DNA of 64,000 bases from Leptolyngbyaceae cyanobacterium T60_A2020_046 (GCA_015272155.1 JACYME010000077.1:2404-66403); one strand, 5' to 3'. Counted from the first letter of the stretch, positions 40,949-50,947 are shown. The notes: generated by a model not told the origin, from the letters alone. Translations and numbers: made by a program.

Positions 40949-42076
40949 ATGCTTAACTCAAATATTAAAGATAGAAACTCTGATACTCCTAAAATATCAA
41001 TTTTCCTCAGTTCTCTGGACGGCGGTGGTGCAGAAAGAGTGATGCTGAACTTAGCTGAGGGATTTCAGTCCCTCGGATTTCAGGTAGACCTAGTTTTAGG
41101 CAAGAGCGTTGGACCTTACTTAAGCCAGATCCCATCCGGAGTAAACGTTGTTGACTTGAAACAACCCAGACTCTTAGGCTGTATTTTTGCCCTGAGAGAC
41201 TACCTCAAGTCAGAACGGCCTTTCGCGCTACTATCAGCACTGGAGGACACGAATATTGTTGCCATTTTTGCCCGATCACTGGCAAAGGTAAAAATCAAGT
41301 TGGTTGTGACCATTCATAATTACCTATCCCAGGAATCTCGCAACGCTCAAAGCCTAAAGCGGAAACTTATCCCTTACTTTCTCCGATGGATATATCCGTT
41401 TTCTGATGCCATAGTTGGAGTTTCTGAGGGAGTTGTCGAAGATCTAAGATCGCTTGGTTGTCCACGCCATAAAACACACGTTATCTATAATCCTATTGTC
41501 ACCCATAAACTTCTGAATAAAATTCAAGAACCTGTCAGCCACCCTTGGCTTGTGCCAGAGCAGCCACCAGTAATTATTGCCGTGGGAAGACTTACACCCC
41601 AGAAAGACTTCCAGACATTACTTAAAGCATTTGCATTGGTTCATCAACGCTACCCCATTCGGCTCATTTTACTCGGTGAGGGTGAAGAGCGCAGAGCCCT
41701 TGAGGCGCTATCCACGGCTCTAGGAATTGTCGAGGATATTTTAATGCCAGGTTTCTTAGATAATCCCTATTGCTTGATGGCTCGGGCAAAGGTTCTTGTT
41801 CTGTCTTCAGCTTGGGAGGGATTTGGGAATGTCTTAGTTGAGGCGATGGCAGCAGGAACGCCCGTCGTTTCGACGGACTGCCAAAGTGGACCTCGGGAGA
41901 TCTTAGACAATGGGAAATATGGAAAGTTAGTGCCAGTCGGAGATATAGAGTTCCTAGCAGATGCGATTCTTGATAGCCTCAGCAATCCGCTAGATGCAGA
42001 TTTCCTAAAACAAAGAGCCGCTGAGTTTTCCTTGGAAATTGCCGTTTCGAAATATCAGCAACTACTTGGGCTATGA
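40949..42076 (+). CDS. Family 4 (GT-B) glycosyltransferase
   Basis: GRLTPQKDFQTLLKAF...LLGEGEER...SSAWEGFGNVLVEAMAAGTPVVSTD (E-x7-E). Confidence 0.85.
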   Translation: MLNSNIKDRNSDTPKISIFLSSLDGGGAERVMLNLAEGFQSLGFQVDLVLGKSVGPYLSQIPSGVNVVDLKQPRLLGCIFALRDYLKSERPFALLSALEDTNIVAIFARSLAKVKIKLVVTIHNYLSQESRNAQSLKRKLIPYFLRWIYPFSDAIVGVSEGVVEDLRSLGCPRHKTHVIYNPIVTHKLLNKIQEPVSHPWLVPEQPPVIIAVGRLTPQKDFQTLLKAFALVHQRYPIRLILLGEGEERRALEALSTALGIVEDILMPGFLDNPYCLMARAKVLVLSSAWEGFGNVLVEAMAAGTPVVSTDCQSGPREILDNGKYGKLVPVGDIEFLADAILDSLSNPLDADFLKQRAAEFSLEIAVSKYQQLLGL

Positions 42077-42687
42077 TTCATACCATGGACACGTCAAATT
42101 CGCGCTCTTTTAGGGAGACACTATCGGATATTCGTGAAGATCTGGATAGGTATGTGTTGCTCAATCCAGGTCGTCATTGGCTCACCACACTCCTTGTGAC
42201 AGGGGGAATTTGGGTGACGATGCAATATCGTTTAAGCCGATGGGTTCACTATCGGTGCCATCTGCCAATTTTGCGCCAGGTTTTAAAGGTCGTTTGCTTC
42301 TTGACCCAAAAATTAGCCGAAACGCTATGGAGCGTTGAGTTACCAAATCGTGCCCAAGTTGGAAAGGGACTTTTGCTAGCTCACCCCAATGGAATTGTGA
42401 TCCATGTGGATGCGAAAATTGGTGACTACTGCAACATTGGTCAGCAGGTGACGATCGGCATTGGGGGACGGCAAGGAAAGCAAGGGACGCCTTACATTGG
42501 AGACCGCGTCTTTATCGGACCTGGAGCCAAGCTATTTGGGCCTATTACGATTGGTAGTCACGTTGCAATTGGTGCAAATGCGGTTGTCACTAAAGATATT
42601 CCAGACAATGCAGTGGCGGTTGGGATTCCTGCAAAGGTTATTAGTTTTGATGGCTCTGGAGACTTTATTAAGGTTCGGAATAACTAG
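42073..42687 (+). CDS. Hexapeptide-repeat O-acetyltransferase (serine acetyltransferase-like)
   Basis: LbH repeats IGDYCNIGQQVTIG...IGDRVFIGPGAKLFGPITIGSHVAIGANAVVTKDIPDNAVAVGIPAKVI. Its start overlaps the upstream stop (ATGA). Confidence 0.8.
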   Translation: MIHTMDTSNSRSFRETLSDIREDLDRYVLLNPGRHWLTTLLVTGGIWVTMQYRLSRWVHYRCHLPILRQVLKVVCFLTQKLAETLWSVELPNRAQVGKGLLLAHPNGIVIHVDAKIGDYCNIGQQVTIGIGGRQGKQGTPYIGDRVFIGPGAKLFGPITIGSHVAIGANAVVTKDIPDNAVAVGIPAKVISFDGSGDFIKVRNN

Positions 42688-42789
42688 GCAAAACTGCTTA
42701 ACATCTCCTCATTCCCCAGGATTTTGCTAAGTTGAAAATATTGGAATATGAGGCCCGGAAAATCACTCTTCTTTCTCCCAATTTTGAAA

Positions 42790-43662
42790 TCATGAAAGTT
42801 CCTGTGAAACCTCTTTCAGCATCGACTGATATTGCTGAATACTGATACCAGCTTTTGCCGAAATCATGATGGCAAATTGATGTGGTTTAATGGTTTTAAT
42901 GAACTCGCGAATCTCTTCTGTTGAGAGCGGCCTCGGATCCCAATAGTCATGACAAATGGTTTGAGCATCCAGATAATGCCTGGCGGATGCTTTGAGAATT
43001 TGCGTGACATAGACTCCATACAACACATATTCAGAGAAGTGCCAAGTATTTGCGATCGCGTTAATCCAGCTCTTTCCAGTAACCTCCTCGATCCGTTTGC
43101 AGAGGGAGATGACGTTAGAACGCCTCCAAGTCATGACCTGTCCGATAAAGTCTGGAATTTGGGGGTCAACCTCCACATCTAATAACTTTGCAGCAGACTC
43201 ATGCCACTTTTGATGCATCTGCTTTTGCATTGGGTTCCCAATTGGATCACAGTAAAGCCTGAGCTGATCTTGTTGTAATAGGTTGCTGAGGTTATATGGT
43301 TTTACGAAGGCGACATCTGAGTCTGCAAAGATAATCAATTCCTCAGGAATGAATTGAGCGGTTGCAATTTTAACAATCTGTTGCAGTAGCCAATTTCGAA
43401 TGGGCAGCCCCTTTAAGCTAATCCAAACTTTCTTGAAAATCGGCTCTCTTTTAATCCACCTCGGGAGTATTGATTCGACCACTAAAACCTTAGTTGTCTC
43501 ATTGGCCAAACCCTTGAATAGTTGAAAGTCGCTTTGGGCAACAACAATGTAATGTGTGTAGGGTGATGAAACAAAAGATCTGATGCTTTGGTGAAGCAGG
43601 CAACATCTTTCATAATCCGGTGTATAGCTAGGGGTAATTATGCCAAAACTTAAATTCTGCAT
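42790..43662 (-). CDS. Uncharacterised protein, DUF6492-like (putative nucleotide-sugar-dependent transferase fold)
   Basis: 290-aa ORF: FGIITPSYTPDYERCCLLHQSI...IIFADSDVAFVKP. The family name is from memory. It is oriented opposite to the rest of the cassette. Confidence 0.5.
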   Translation of the reverse strand: MQNLSFGIITPSYTPDYERCCLLHQSIRSFVSSPYTHYIVVAQSDFQLFKGLANETTKVLVVESILPRWIKREPIFKKVWISLKGLPIRNWLLQQIVKIATAQFIPEELIIFADSDVAFVKPYNLSNLLQQDQLRLYCDPIGNPMQKQMHQKWHESAAKLLDVEVDPQIPDFIGQVMTWRRSNVISLCKRIEEVTGKSWINAIANTWHFSEYVLYGVYVTQILKASARHYLDAQTICHDYWDPRPLSTEEIREFIKTIKPHQFAIMISAKAGISIQQYQSMLKEVSQELS

Positions 43663-45066
43663 CGAGTGAAATACCTAATCGTGTGAAGACATCGAAGCAA
43701 AGTGAAAGATAAATAAAGTGTAGAACCACAGCTTATCCGCATGGGAAATAGAAGCTGAGCTGAAAAGAATCAAGATGCTAGTGATTGCAAGATTCAAAAA
43801 GCTTGAACCATGAATTAAAGTCGTGAAAATTTTCTGAGTTTCGAACCCTAATTTTCGACTGATGTATTGAAAGGTGACTGACTTCAAGCCTGCTTCATCG
43901 TCACGCTTGGGAGATGAAGCAAGTGAGCCTAGTAAAAAGAATTCCGTCTCAGTCCCCCTAAGGGGCTAAGCAGAAGACCATGTTGAAATAATCTTGCCGC
44001 TGCTGCAAGTGTTCAAGTACTCGCAGATTCGTCGAGAGGTTCTGCGTCGTCAAAGTTGTCACCTCAGACACTACGATGTGACCTCGGGGGAGATAGCTAA
44101 GAATATAGAGGCGTGGGTATAAAGTGCCCAGTTCTAGGTAAACAATCACAGGAGTAGGCAAATGAATTTATCGCTATTGCTCAATCACTGCCATAGAAGG
44201 CGGGCACCGGATGATGACAGCATAAATGTACTCTCAGTCCAAATTCTTGAATGACAAGGTGGCGTGAACCTGTTGGCAGTCACGCTAAATGCAGCAGCAT
44301 AGTGCTTGGCTAGAGCGTATTACCAAGTCACTCATCCTGCAGTGAAAGTTGAAACTGCCGTCTATTGCCCTGGGTCTTGAGTGGTTAAGGTAGGCTATTG
44401 CTCTGATTTTTCAGATCTCTCAGACGTGCCAAATATCACTCAATAACCAGAAGGACAGAAGGATCTTGAACCCCCTCGTGAGAGAGTTGTGGATAAGAGT
44501 TTTGCAACGCCGGGCATCTCCAAAATGGGCCAGGCGATGATGTGCCTGTGTTTTGCTAAGACCAGAGGTTTGGGCTTAACGGGTTTTCTGGAGAAGCCAC
44601 CCAAGAAACTACGCAAATTAGACCACTTTTTTGATGCGTTTAGCGGCATCCCTACGTATCTTCACTGAGATTTTAAGATGGAGTGCCCAAAACTGCGCAT
44701 CTCTTGATAAAGCTATTCCCCTGAGGAAGGGTATCTGTCTGACTCGCTTCTAGGTTCATGGAACTGGGGGGCCGACCGGAGTCGTGAAAATGCTTGCTAT
44801 GGGTACAGTTTGTACACATGACACGCTGCACTGGGGAGCGCTCAGGCGGTGGCAAACATGATTGCGCGGCTGTGCCGTGTTCTGGGTCTGTGTTCGTGGT
44901 GTGGCGTGAGGTTGCAGGGGGAGGTCGAAAGCATTGCTGGTTTGTTGAGGGATGCGCTGTCCTATTGGGCTGCGCGCCCGTAGGAAGGCTTTTATGGTGC
45001 TGGCTGAGTGGGGATGCTCACTGGCTTTGTGGGAACGGGATGACGGGTTTTGGATGAGAGGTCTTA

Positions 45067-47337
45067 ATGCTGAGCAATGTCTTCAGTCGGCGAATGCCTG
45101 GCGTGTTGTTTTTGCTGCTGGGTGTTGTTGTGGGGGGATGTGGGCATGGCCTGCAAGCGGTGGACTCTTGTAGTGCTTTCGTGGATGCTGGCTCTGTTGC
45201 GGATGATTTGCTGGGGGTTGGGACTCGGCAGACGGTGCCGGAGGATGCGTATCGCTGGCAGAACGTGGACATTCGAGGGATGGGATTTGTGACGGGGGTG
45301 CTGACTCACCCTCAGGTGCCTGACCTTGTGTATGTGCGTACGGATGTTGGCGGAATTTATCGGTGGCGCGCTGACCAGCGGAATTGGGTGCAGTTGTTGG
45401 ATGGGGTGCGGGGCGATCGCTACAGCATTGAGAGCCTTGCCCTTGATCCCCAGTCGCCTGATGTTCTCTATGCCGCGAGCAATGGCGTGATATTGAAGTC
45501 GCGCGATCGCGGCCAGACTTGGCAAGAGGTGCCGCTCCTGGCTGCCAACGGCGACCGAGTGTACATGAACGGCAATGGGGAATGGCGCTGGGCGGGGGAA
45601 CGGTTGGCGGTTGATCCCCACGACAGCCGGATTTTATATTTTGGGTCGCGGCAGGACGGGCTGTATCGCAGCGCGGATGGCGCGCAGACCTGGCAACGGG
45701 TGACGACCTTTCCGACGGTGGGGACGGCTCCGGGAGGGATTGCCTTTGTCGTGTTTGATCCGGCCTCGGGCGCTAGGGGGCAGGCATCTCAGCGGATTTA
45801 TGCGGGGGTGATTGGGGCGGGGGTGTATCGCAGCGAGGATGGCGGGCAAACCTGGGACAAGCTGACCGATGGGCCAGGGCCAGAGCAGAACCCACAGCAG
45901 GCGGTGGTGACTGCGGCGGGGCTGTATGTCACCTTTTTTACGACGGAGGGGAACCCGCAGGGCTCGGTCTGGCGCTATGGCTCAGCGGGTTGGGAATCGG
46001 TGACGCCGCGCGCTGGGCGAAACTATTCGGCGATCGCCGCCAGCCCTGCCGAACCCGGCACGCTATTGGTGGCGGAATATCCCCTCACGCCCGAGGGGCT
46101 GCACCGCAGCAGCAACGGTGGCAAACGCTGGCGGACAGTAGCGTTGCAAACCTGGCCGGTGCGTTGGTGGCCCGACTGGCACCTCTACACGCTGACTGGG
46201 GGACTCGCGATTCCCCGCGATCGCCCCACCCAAGCTTGGCTGACCACCGGCTTCGGCGTGTTGCGCACCGACGACATCACCCAGCGCCCCTCCCAGTGGT
46301 GCGCAGACATGGAAAATTTGGAGGAACTGGTGGTCTTCGTCCTCAAAAGTCCGCCTGTAGAGGGTGGGGCAGCGTTGTTCAGCGGCGTGGCCGATATGCA
46401 CGGCTTTCGCCATGACACCTTGGCCCAGCATCCCGAGGCGACCTACGAGAATGGCGCGTTTGGAGATACGACGGGCCTCGATTTTTCCGAAGCGGATCCT
46501 AGCATTGTGGTACGGGTGGGCAGTGCCCCCGGCCCCGGTGGACGCACCGACAGCGCCGAAACCCGGGCGGCCTATTCCGCCGACAATGGCCGCACCTGGA
46601 TTCCCTTTGCTGCGCCCCCAGCCGGGGCAGTGAATGGCAAGGTTGCCGTCTCCGCAACCCTGCAACCTAACGGTTATCCGGTGATTGTGTGGGCTCCTCA
46701 GGGGGATGTCTTTCCCCATCGATCGCTGGATGGTGGGGCCACGTGGCAACCCGTGAGCGGAGCCCCAAACCGTACCACGCTTCAGCTTTGGTTCCCCAGT
46801 CAGGCGATCGCGTCCGATCGCGTCGATGGCACCCTGTTTTATCTGTACAAATATACTGAACGCGCCAACCAAGCCACCCTATATCGCAGCACAGACGCAG
46901 GCGCAACCTGGCAGGCTGCGGCGCAAAACCTGCCCGATTCCTACGAGCACGCGGTCAAGGCGGTGCCGGGCCAGCGGGGTGAGGTGTGGCTGCGGGCGGC
47001 GGGGCAACTCCTCCGCTCTCGAGATGCGGGCGACACCTTTGTGGCGATCGCCAACATCGACCAGGTCAATGACTTTACCTTTGGCAAAGCCGCTCCGGGC
47101 CAACCCCACCCGACGGTGTTTGTCTCCGGGCGAGTGAAGGGTGTCGAAGGGCTATTCCGCTCAGACGACGCCTTGGGGCTCCCAGGCGATGCCGCCGCCG
47201 CCACGTGGATCAATCTCGCCACCGCCGAGCAAACCCTTAGCAGCGTGAAATACCTGGAGGGCGATCGCCGCCACTTCGGCCGCGTGTATATCGGCACCGG
47301 GGGACGGGGCATTCTGTATGGACAACCTGCGCCCTAA
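45067..47337 (+). CDS. GH74-like BNR/Asp-box repeat lipoprotein (putative glycoside hydrolase)
   Basis: Lipobox LLLGVVVGGC. The opening WQNVDIRGMGFVTGVLTHPQVPDLVYVRTDVGGIYRW is GH74-like. There are multiple S-x-D-x-G-x-T-W boxes (SRDRGQTWQ, SADGAQTWQ, SEDGGQTWD, SNGGKRWR, SADNGRTWI, SLDGGATWQ, STDAGATWQ). Confidence 0.7.
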   Translation: MLSNVFSRRMPGVLFLLLGVVVGGCGHGLQAVDSCSAFVDAGSVADDLLGVGTRQTVPEDAYRWQNVDIRGMGFVTGVLTHPQVPDLVYVRTDVGGIYRWRADQRNWVQLLDGVRGDRYSIESLALDPQSPDVLYAASNGVILKSRDRGQTWQEVPLLAANGDRVYMNGNGEWRWAGERLAVDPHDSRILYFGSRQDGLYRSADGAQTWQRVTTFPTVGTAPGGIAFVVFDPASGARGQASQRIYAGVIGAGVYRSEDGGQTWDKLTDGPGPEQNPQQAVVTAAGLYVTFFTTEGNPQGSVWRYGSAGWESVTPRAGRNYSAIAASPAEPGTLLVAEYPLTPEGLHRSSNGGKRWRTVALQTWPVRWWPDWHLYTLTGGLAIPRDRPTQAWLTTGFGVLRTDDITQRPSQWCADMENLEELVVFVLKSPPVEGGAALFSGVADMHGFRHDTLAQHPEATYENGAFGDTTGLDFSEADPSIVVRVGSAPGPGGRTDSAETRAAYSADNGRTWIPFAAPPAGAVNGKVAVSATLQPNGYPVIVWAPQGDVFPHRSLDGGATWQPVSGAPNRTTLQLWFPSQAIASDRVDGTLFYLYKYTERANQATLYRSTDAGATWQAAAQNLPDSYEHAVKAVPGQRGEVWLRAAGQLLRSRDAGDTFVAIANIDQVNDFTFGKAAPGQPHPTVFVSGRVKGVEGLFRSDDALGLPGDAAAATWINLATAEQTLSSVKYLEGDRRHFGRVYIGTGGRGILYGQPAP

Positions 47338-47369
47338 CCCTTTGGGAATCGGCGTTTTCCACGTTAGGA

Positions 47370-48506
47370 GTGGCGTTCATGGCCGTTGATGTGTCTCACC
47401 CGATCACCGTCATTCACCTGGGGCCAAGCCTGACTCAGCAGGGCGGTATGGCCACGGTGCAAACTCTGCTACTGGACATGGCGCTGGAGGGCGTTTGTCT
47501 GAAGCACGTTTCGACCCATGATGAGGGTTCCGTGCGTCATCGGCTGGGGATCTTTGCTCAGGCACTGGGGCGCTGTTGGGAAGCAATCTGGCGCGATCGC
47601 ACTTTCGTGATCGCCCATCTCCACATGTCAGAACGGGGCAGCGTGGGGCGGGTCGCAATTTTGGTGCTGCTGCTGACTTTGGCCCGCAAAAAAATCATCA
47701 TCCACACCCACGGAGCCGAGTTTCGCGAATTTTATGACGGCCAATCTGCCAGGGTGCAGCACGTTTTGCGGGCGGTGCTGGGGCGGTGCGATCGCCTCAT
47801 TGCACTGTCTGAATCCTGGGCCGATTATTATGCCAAAACGCTGGCAATGCCCCGCGATCGCGTCTGTGTGTTCCACAATCCCGTCCAGCTTCCGCCTAAC
47901 CCCACTGCCCAACGCCGCCCAACGCCGCCGCCCTTTCGCCTGGTGTTTCTGGGGCGTATCGGCGATCGCAAAGGCACGTTTCTGCTGCTGCGCGCCGTCG
48001 CCGACTTCGTGAAAACCAGTTCTGCTCCCGTGCATCTCACCGTAGCCGGAGATGGCGAAGTGGAAACCGCAAAACAGCTTGCGGCAGATTTGGGGATTCG
48101 GGAACACGTCGAGTTTCCCGGCTGGCTCGATCGCCCTGCCACCCAAGCGCTGCTCGCGAGCGCCCATGCCTTCATCCTGCCATCCCTCAATGAGGGGTTG
48201 CCGATGGCGATTTTAGAAGCCATGAGCTGGGGGCTGCCCGTCATTGCCTCGGCGGTTGGGGGCATTCCCGAGGTCATTTTCCCGATGAAAACCGGAATTT
48301 TGGTAGATCCTCAAGACCAGGCTTCAATTACCGCCGCGATCGCCACCCTCGTGAATGACCCTGCCCTCGCCCAAACCCTGGGCAACAATGCCCGCATCAC
48401 GGTGGAAGCCTTCAGCAGCACAACCTACCAGCAACGACTTACCGCCCTCTATCAAGACCTGGCTCGCAATTTCACCCACCCCGCACCATATCCAACCCAG
48501 CAATAA
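47370..48506 (+). CDS. Family 4 (GT-B) glycosyltransferase
   Basis: FLGRIGDRKGTFLLLRAV...PSLNEGLPMAILEAMSWGLPVIASAVGGIPEVI. Confidence 0.85.
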   Translation: MAFMAVDVSHPITVIHLGPSLTQQGGMATVQTLLLDMALEGVCLKHVSTHDEGSVRHRLGIFAQALGRCWEAIWRDRTFVIAHLHMSERGSVGRVAILVLLLTLARKKIIIHTHGAEFREFYDGQSARVQHVLRAVLGRCDRLIALSESWADYYAKTLAMPRDRVCVFHNPVQLPPNPTAQRRPTPPPFRLVFLGRIGDRKGTFLLLRAVADFVKTSSAPVHLTVAGDGEVETAKQLAADLGIREHVEFPGWLDRPATQALLASAHAFILPSLNEGLPMAILEAMSWGLPVIASAVGGIPEVIFPMKTGILVDPQDQASITAAIATLVNDPALAQTLGNNARITVEAFSSTTYQQRLTALYQDLARNFTHPAPYPTQQ

Positions 48507-48836
48507 CTGACCAGCAGTGACTGACCAGCAGTGACTGAATCGAGCAATTTTTATCGGCCTCTGGATCCAGATTTTTGCCCAGGGTCAGAAAATGCCGCGA
48601 TCACCCGCCACGTCATCCCTGCCAAAGCGGCCAAAATTCGCTTCAACCTTCACCGACAGCAGGATTCTCACGAAAATTGATGAAAATTAAAGTCTTCCTC
48701 AGCCCAGCGCCCACAAATGGCGTCGATTGAGGACGCGCGGGGAATTTCCTGCGACACAAATCCTCACAAAACACCCACAGCCGGACGGAAACAGCACGGC
48801 TTAACACATTCGCCCTGCGATCGCACACCCCAAAAA

Positions 48837-48850
48837 GTATCAGTCGATAC
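48837..48850 (+). promoter_or_regulatory. Candidate NtcA binding site (GTA-N8-TAC)
   Basis: GTATCAGTCGATAC is a perfect GTA-N8-TAC palindrome. TGGAAT lies 22 nt downstream, where the -10 box would be. The site is 282 nt upstream of the amt ATG. Confidence 0.45.
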
Positions 48851-49131
48851 AACTCATCCCCCCTAGACTTGGTGGAATCGTTCTTACTCGTGGTGTTCAG
48901 ATATCTGCCCTGGGTAGGAATCTAGATCACTGGGTCTTGGGGGCAATCCAGCGCCCGCCCAACGACGAGTCGCTGGGGGCATCCACCTCTCAGTGTGTCT
49001 GCTAAGTCTTCCTGGGTAAGCCTCAGGAGTCTCCTCGCACGCCGCGATCGCACTATAGAGCCGCGATCGCGGCGAGACTAAATAAGGCTGTGTTCGCTGT
49101 CTGAATATGTGTTGAAGGGACGTTTGTCGAG

Positions 49132-50598
49132 ATGTCTAGACCAGTCTTACGCAAGAGCTCACGGGCTCACAAGCGGCGCGCCAAGGCGTCGTTCTGGAGC
49201 ACGAATGTGCCTCCGTTCTCCGAGGCCATTCAGTCTTTCTTTGGGAAGCGGAACGCTTGGACATGGGCAGCCTGCGTGCCCCTTGCAGTGGTCATCGTGG
49301 CCGCTTGGGGAGTTGCAGCCAATGCCCAGGAAGAAATTTCCGCTGCGGATGTCCAAACCGTTTTGGACAACATTTGGATTTTGGTCGCCGCAGTGCTCGT
49401 GTTCTTCATGAACGCAGGCTTCGGCATGTTAGAGGCAGGCTTCTGTCGCCAGAAAAACGCCGTCAACATTCTGTCCAAAAACCTGATCGTCTTTGGCCTT
49501 GCCCTGCTTTCCTTCTGGGCCATCGGCTTCTCCTTCATGTTTGGGAGCGGTTCAGGCTTCATCGGGGGCGGGGGCTGGTTCCTCACCGGCGCACCCGAGG
49601 TCTACGGCCTTGAAGAAGGCGCTGGCCTCACCGTTGACACGTTCTTCTTGTTCCAGGCGGCCTTTGCGGCCACTGCGGCTACCATCGTGTCCGGTGCCGT
49701 GGCTGAGCGCATCAAGTACGTTGACTTTTTGATTTTCAGCATCCTGCTGACCGGGATTTCCTACCCCATCACCGGGCACTGGGTTTGGAGTGATGATGGC
49801 TGGCTGGAAGCCGCAGGCTTCTCTGACTTCGCGGGTTCGACGGTGGTTCACTCCGTCGGTGGCTGGGCTGGCCTCATGGGTGCGGCCTTCCTTGGACCTC
49901 GGATTGGCAAATACCAGGATGGCCAGGTAAATGCGATTCCCGGCCACAACATGAGCATTGCCATGCTGGGCTGCCTCATCCTTTGGTTAGGCTGGTACGG
50001 GTTTAACCCCGGTTCTGAACTGGCTGCCAGCTCCGCAGTTCCCTTTATTGCTGTGACCACTAGCTTGGCCGCAGCAGCGGGCGCAGTGTCTTCCACTGTC
50101 ACCGCTTGGGTACTGAGCGGCAAGCCCGATCTGTCGATGACTATCAATGGCATCCTGGCAGGTTTGGTGGGCATCACCGCAGGCTGCGCTGGCGTCAACT
50201 ACCTTGGCGCGGTGATCGTCGGTTTGATTGCTGGTGTCATCGTCGTCTTCTCCGTCGGCTTTTTTGACAGCATCAAAATTGATGACCCCGTGGGAGCAGT
50301 CTCTGTCCACCTCGTGTGCGGCATCTGGGGCACCTTGGCGGTGGGTCTGTTCGACACCGAGAGCGGTCTGTTCTTTGGTGGCGGCTTTGCTCAATTGGGT
50401 GCTCAGATCCTGGGCATTCTCACCATTGGCCTGTTTACTGTGGTTGTAACCAGCATCTTCTGGGCTGCGCTGAAGGTAACGCTGGGCATCCGAGTCTCCC
50501 CCGAAGAAGAAATGAAGGGGTTGGATATTGGCGAGCACGGCATGGAAGCTTACAGCGGCTTCCTGAAGGACACCAGCGATATGGGCAGCCTCTCCTAG
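49132..50598 (+). CDS. amt: Ammonium transporter (Amt family)
   Basis: [49 protein letters not shown] and [24 protein letters not shown]. It has an N-terminal signal-like segment. Confidence 0.92.
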   Translation: MSRPVLRKSSRAHKRRAKASFWSTNVPPFSEAIQSFFGKRNAWTWAACVPLAVVIVAAWGVAANAQEEISAADVQTVLDNIWILVAAVLVFFMNAGFGMLEAGFCRQKNAVNILSKNLIVFGLALLSFWAIGFSFMFGSGSGFIGGGGWFLTGAPEVYGLEEGAGLTVDTFFLFQAAFAATAATIVSGAVAERIKYVDFLIFSILLTGISYPITGHWVWSDDGWLEAAGFSDFAGSTVVHSVGGWAGLMGAAFLGPRIGKYQDGQVNAIPGHNMSIAMLGCLILWLGWYGFNPGSELAASSAVPFIAVTTSLAAAAGAVSSTVTAWVLSGKPDLSMTINGILAGLVGITAGCAGVNYLGAVIVGLIAGVIVVFSVGFFDSIKIDDPVGAVSVHLVCGIWGTLAVGLFDTESGLFFGGGFAQLGAQILGILTIGLFTVVVTSIFWAALKVTLGIRVSPEEEMKGLDIGEHGMEAYSGFLKDTSDMGSLS

Positions 50599-50678
50599 GG
50601 CTTCCGATGCTGGGGTGTACTTACTTCAGTTGAGTGCGCCGCTACTTCAGTTGAGTGCGTCGTTCGTCTTTTGGTAGG

Positions 50679-50713
50679 GCAGGGCAGCGATTCCTTGCCC
50701 TGCTTTGTGTTTC
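50679..50713 (+). terminator. Candidate rho-independent terminator after amt
   Basis: gcagggca / tgccctgc 8-bp stem with a 9-nt loop, followed by tttgtgtttc. Confidence 0.6.
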
Positions 50714-50947
50714 TGGCTTGGCTATCGTTTCGCCTAGCCAGAAGGGGGTGAGGAAAAGGCAACCTGCCCTGTCGCTAGGTAACAAATCCTTAATCCCCGT
50801 CGGATGGCTCCATTTGAGCGCCGATCGCGGCGTATGATGTCGCTAGCCGTAGTGTTTCAGCAGTCTTGGGCATTGGCCTTAAAGGCTTGTGGAACATCTT
50901 GGTGGCATGTTGATACTCTCTCCTGCTCAGGCTGCCCCACTCCATCA

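Noticed and set aside
46063-46872. 269-aa - strand ORF, and other ORFs inside 45.0-47.3 kb
   Set aside because: They are antisense or out of frame relative to the GH74-like gene, which carries repeated Asp-box motifs. Their composition is Gly/Arg/Pro-rich.
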